NCBI GenBank assembly: GCA_965240325.2
Contig: OZ251246.1
Span: 620,001 to 684,000, forward strand
DNA from: Rebecca billardiae RCC1528
Lineage: Eukaryota; Protista; Haptophyta
Length of the DNA: 64,000 nucleotides
Direction: 5' to 3'
In this document: piece after piece, positions 59,815 to 64,000 of the stretch
How the letters are laid out: every line of letters begins with the position of its first letter
Numbering within the stretch: the first letter of the stretch is position 1
Notes under the pieces: model-generated
What the model saw: the letters and a program-made list of their open reading frames with translations, nothing else
What the model was told of the DNA's origin: nothing
Database searches by the model: none
Program-made: the position numbers and the translations under genes

Positions 59815-60253
59815 TAGTGGGGTCAGAGCTCCGACCGTTACACTCTCGGGTGCCACAATCTCCCGAAATCTCTTAGCATGAACTATCACACGGGTATTTA
59901 CTTGGACGAACTAGTTAGTAGGCGTTAAGGCTTAATTCCAGGGTGTAGAATCCGCCTGTGCCAATTTCAGACTGCCAAAATGTGATCTAGACGGTGCGAT
60001 TCTGGTGCAAATTATAGCGAGATCACCTTGGAGATCGTGTATCTCCTCTACTAATGTTGCCGAGATCGCGTCGAGATTGAGGCGGTCGTATATCTCCAGT
60101 ATGTGACATTTTTTCGCAAAACTTGTGAGCGTGACCCCAGCTCATTTCAGGCGAATACTTTGACATCCCGAAGTTTGAGAGCCTCCTCTCAAGACGATGC
60201 CAGGAAGTTGGATTTTGGGCCACGCACCCCCCAGTGGGGCTCTGACCCCTCTA
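59815..60253. mobile_element. MITE-like element (439 bp)
   Basis: TIRs TAGTGGGGTCAGAGCTCC / reverse complement TAGAGGGGTCAGAGCCCC; flanking direct repeat CGCCCACTC(T/A) at 59805-59814 and 60254-60263; interior is lower in GC and non-coding. Confidence 0.75.
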
Positions 60254-60474
60254 CGCCCACTCACTCACTCGATTCTGATCAGTAGTTAGTGTAATATATT
60301 ACTAATTCATCTCACAACCCCATTGTAATGTCACCCGGCCAGTGAGTCACACTGAGTGACTCCGTGTCAGTGATGACACTGACAGCGGCCGCGCGGCGCG
60401 TCATTATTATTAAATAATTTAATAACCGTCCGCGCTGCCACGCGGACTAATGCCATAGGCATATTATCGGCATT

Positions 60475-60480
60475 ATGATT

Positions 60481-60544
<64 letters not shown>

Positions 60545-60560
60545 GTAATCATCATCATTA
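60475..60560. repeat. Head-to-head (ATG)n/(ATC)n microsatellite
   Basis: (ATG)10-ATT-(ATC)10, self-complementary. Confidence 0.9.
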
Positions 60561-60867
60561 TTATTCCGGGCGGCGAGCGCCGCCCGAATCGGGCCGTCAA
60601 TTCAGAATCAGGGGCCGCAGACACGGCCCATTAACAGCGGCCAACATATATCGTGCCACGAACCCAAGGGGGGCAAGGCCTGCGGGCTGGGGCCCTGGCA
60701 GCGGGCTGAGATGTCAGGGGCGGGCGGATAGACCGTGTTCCGTCCGCTGGCGCTTGCGCGGCTGCTCGGTCAGTCCGGGAAGTCGCCGCAGTTGGAGATG
60801 GTCGGCGCGGGCGGCTGTGCCGCATTCGCACAGCCGGGCTGCTGCGTGTGGCGTGGCAATCTCCGAA

Positions 60868-62265
60868 TCACAGCAGGCAAACCGCCGCCCCGCCGCTGTG
60901 GCCGCCCGCCGGAGGCCCAGGCTGCTGCGGCTGATGAGCGCGAGCGTGCGGCTCGCCGGCGTCGCCACCCCGCCCGCGCTCGAGGCGGCGGTACGGGGCG
61001 GTGCCCAGTGCGTGCGCGCGGCCGAGGACGACGAGAAGCCCCGCGAGCACACCTAGCACAGCCACGGCTGCGACCAGCGCAATCGTCGGCGGCACAACGC
61101 CGGCACCCCATGGCCGCGCCAAAATCGAGGTCGCGCCGCGCGGGCGGCTTGCCTGCGCGGGCGCATGCTCCGTGACGAGACTGGCGCCGGGGCCATTCGT
61201 CGGTGGTGGCGGCGACGGGGGCGGCGGTGGGCTCGGTGGCGGCGGGTATGGCGGCGGCGGCGGTGAGGGTGGTGGCTGCGGTGGTGGCGGCGGCGAGGGC
61301 GAGGGCGGAGGCGGTGGGCTTGGCGGTGGTGGCGAGGGCGGCGGAGGCGGCGAGGGCGGTGGGAGGGGTGGCGGTGGCGGTGAGGGCGAGGGCGGCGGCG
61401 GCGGGCTGGGCGGCGGCGGCGGCGGCGGCGAGGGTGGCGGACTGGGCGGTGGTGGCGGCGAGGGCGAGGGCGGAGGCGGTGGGCTTGGCGGAGGTGGCGA
61501 GGGTGGCGGAGGCGGTGAGGGCGGTGGGAGGGGTGGCGGTGGCGGCGAGGGCGAGGGCGGCGGCGGCGGGCTCGGCGGCGGCGGCGGCGGCGGCTTGGGT
61601 GGCGGGAGGGGAGGCGGCGGTGGCGAGGGCGAGGGCGGCGGCGGTGGGCTCGGCGGCGGCGGCAAGGGCGGCGGCGGCGGTGAGGGCGGCGGCAGCGGCG
61701 GCGGCGGCGGTGAGGGCGAGGGCGGCGGCGGCGGGCTTGGCGGCGGCGGCGGCGGCGGCGAGGGTGGCGGGCTTGGCGGCGGCGGCGGCGAGGGCGAGGG
61801 CGGCGGCGGTGAGCTCGGTGGCGGCGGCAAGGGTGGTGGCGGTGGTACGGGCGGCGGGAGCGGCGGCGGCGGCGGCGAGGGCGAGGGCGGTGGCGGCGGG
61901 CTTGGCGGCGGCGGCGGCGGCGGCGAGGGTGGCGGGCTGGGCGGCGGCGGCGGCGAGGGCGAGGGCGGCGGCGGCGGCGGCGGCGAAGGTGATGGTGGCG
62001 GTGGCGAGGTACGGATTGCCGTCCCCGCCTTAGCGAGGCTTCCGGCGGCAGCTGCCCCCGTCGTGAGCTGGGCGAGCAGCACCACGAGAATCAGACTTGT
62101 CCGGCCGAGCAGCAGACCCGCGCACGGCGCGCGCCGAGCGGAGGCCGCGGGCGCGAGCTCCGCACAGCACCGCACGTGCCGAACCTGCCGTGCTGAAAGC
62201 AGGCGTTCGTGCCGTACGGGAAGCCGTGCTCGCGCATCGTCTGCCTCGTGACAGGCGACCGACAT
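60868..62265 (-). CDS. Ser-Pro(n) HRGP-like membrane protein, paralog 4
   Basis: Same architecture as paralog 3. Confidence 0.78.
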   Translation of the reverse strand: MSVACHEADDARARLPVRHERLLSARQVRHVRCCAELAPAASARRAPCAGLLLGRTSLILVVLLAQLTTGAAAAGSLAKAGTAIRTSPPPPSPSPPPPPPPSPSPPPPPSPPPSPPPPPPPSPPPPPSPSPPPPPLPPPVPPPPPLPPPPSSPPPPSPSPPPPPSPPPSPPPPPPPSPPPPPSPSPPPPPLPPPSPPPPPLPPPPSPPPPPSPSPPPPPLPPPKPPPPPPPSPPPPPSPSPPPPPLPPPSPPPPPSPPPPSPPPPPSPSPPPPPSPPPSPPPPPPPSPPPPPSPSPPPPPLPPPSPPPPPSPPPPSPPPPPSPSPPPPPQPPPSPPPPPYPPPPSPPPPPSPPPPTNGPGASLVTEHAPAQASRPRGATSILARPWGAGVVPPTIALVAAVAVLGVLAGLLVVLGRAHALGTAPYRRLERGRGGDAGEPHARAHQPQQPGPPAGGHSGGAAVCLL

Positions 62266-62828
62266 CGCCCGTACGTACGGTGCGGTCGCGTGTTCCGCTC
62301 GGCGGTTCGTTTGTTGTGAGAGGCGACTCGACGGTACCGATTCGCCGCTTCCATGGCGACCAGTTTTCTAGTCGTTCGTAGTACAGATCAGGCTCCGGCG
62401 CTCTGATCAGGTCGCATCCGGAGGACACAGGTGTGCCGGACCAGCCCAACCACCCCTGGCCTACTACCGGTACGGCCCTTGCCTGGCCTGGCCCTTGTCC
62501 CGACCGCTAAGAGTATTATAAGACTGAAGGTTCAGCCAAGGGCAGTCGTTAGCCTTCAGTTCAGTGCACGGGCAAAAGCAGCCCGCTGGGCCGGGCCGGC
62601 CTCGGGGCCGGGCAGCCGGGGCTCAGAGTCGTTCTAGCAGTACGCCAGCCCCAGCCGCAGCGGGCCAGCCCCAGGGGCACGACACTGCTCACACTGACGT
62701 GAGAGTCCGTCCGCTTGCGCGGCTGCTCGGCCAGTCCGGGAAGTCGCCGCAGTTGGAGATGGTCGGCGCGGGCGGCTGTGCCGCATTCGCACAGCCGGGC
62801 TGCTGCGTGTGGCGTGGCAATCTCCGAA

Positions 62829-63936
62829 TCACAGCAGGCACACCGCCGCCCCGCCGCTGTGGCCGCCCGCCGGAGGCCCAGGCTGCTGCGGCTGATGAGC
62901 GCGAGCGTGCGGCTCGCCGGCGTCGCCACCCCGCCCGCGCTCGAGGCGGCGGTACGGGGCGGTGCCCAGTGCGTGCGCGCGGCCGAGGAGGACGAGAAGC
63001 CCCGCGAGCACACCTAGCACAGCCACGGCTGCGACCAGCGCAATCGTCGGCGGCACAACGCCGGCACCCCATGGCCGCGCCAAAATCGAGGTCGCGCCGC
63101 GCGGGCGGCTTGCCTGCGCGGGCGCATGCTCCGTGACGAGACTGGCGCCGCCAATCCCGCCATCCGACACGCCTGTCGGTGGCGACAGGCCTGTGGGTGG
63201 CGGCGGCGACGGTGGCGGCGGCGAGGGCGGGCTCGGCGGCTGCGGTGGCAGCGGCGGCGGTGACGCCGGTGGCGGTGAGGGCGAGGGCGGCGGCGGCGGG
63301 CTGGGCGGCGGTGGTGGCGGCGGCGACGGTGGCGGGCTGGGCGGCGGTGGCGGCGAGGGCGAGGGCGGCGGCGGCGAGCTGGGCGGCGGTGGTGCGGGCG
63401 GCGAGCGCGGCTGCGGGGGCGGAGAGGGCGAGGGCGGCGGCGGCGAGCTGGGCGGCGGTGGTGCGGGCGGCGAGCGCGGTTGCGGCGGCGGTGAGGGCGA
63501 GGGCGGCGGCGGCGGGCTGGGCGGCGGCGGCGGCGGCGGCGAGGGTGGCGGGCTGGGCGGCGGCGGCGGCGAGGGCGAAGGCGGCGGCGGTGGGCTCGGC
63601 GGCGGTGGCGAGGGCGGCGGCGGCGGCGAGGGCGGCGGGAGGGGAGGCGGCGGCGGCGAGGGCGAGGGCGGCGGCGGAAGGCTCGGTGGTGGTGGCGAGG
63701 GCGGCGGCGGCGGCGAGGCCGGGGGTTGCTTCCCCGGCGGCGGTGAGGGCGAGGGCGGCGGCGGCGGGCTGGGCGGCGGCGGTGGCGGCGGCGAGGGCGG
63801 CGGGCTGGGTGGCGGCGGCGGCGAGGGCGAGGGCGGCGGCGGTGGGCTCGGTGGCGGCGGTAAGGGCGGCGGCGGCGGTGAGGGCGGCGGCAGCGGCGGC
63901 GGCGGCGGTGAGGGCGAGGGCGGCGGCGGCGGGCTT

Positions 63937-63968
<32 letters not shown>

Positions 63969-64000
63969 GCTGGGCGGCGGCGGTGGCGAGGGCGAGGGCG
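62829..64000 (-). CDS. Ser-Pro(n) HRGP-like membrane protein, paralog 5 (5' end outside window)
   Basis: C-terminus nearly identical to paralog 4; the frame continues through SPn repeats to the window edge. Confidence 0.75.

Noticed and set aside
52779-62251. Gly-rich or Ala-rich proteins on the plus strand
   Set aside because: They are reverse complements or alternative frames of the SPn tracts; the signal, TM and conserved stop are on the minus strand

Overview
This is very GC-rich eukaryotic nuclear DNA with short GC-rich introns, mostly GT-AG plus one GC-AG. That style suggests a haptophyte alga such as a Pavlovales species (inference only). Genes I could reconstruct: a partial ELO elongase, a CRT-like transporter, a SAM-like/multi-TM protein, a GH127/146-type glycosidase, and a 5-exon, ~2700-aa ion channel made of two Shaker/CNBD/ankyrin modules whose pore loops differ and are both non-canonical. 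Also present are a secreted GILT/thioredoxin-fold protein, an importin-beta-family protein, an Orai-like 4-TM protein, a 7-exon eRF1, a class I sirtuin, a multi-TM protein with a TIR/HET-like domain, and a tandem family of at least 5 mosaic Ser-Pro(n) membrane proteins. The intergenic DNA holds several apparently non-autonomous DNA-transposon-like elements, defined here only by their ends: (1) a 5.5-kb TIR element with a TGA target duplication and an internal 198-bp satellite, (2) a MULE-like element with repeat-built arms, (3) a 429-bp-arm hairpin, (4) a 2.6-kb element whose ends start with the RSS heptamer CACAGTG, and (5) a 439-bp MITE. There is also a 99-bp dispersed repeat. The best novelty candidates are the tandem hetero-pore channel and the heptamer-ended transposon. 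All family calls come from motif recognition by eye; no searches were run.
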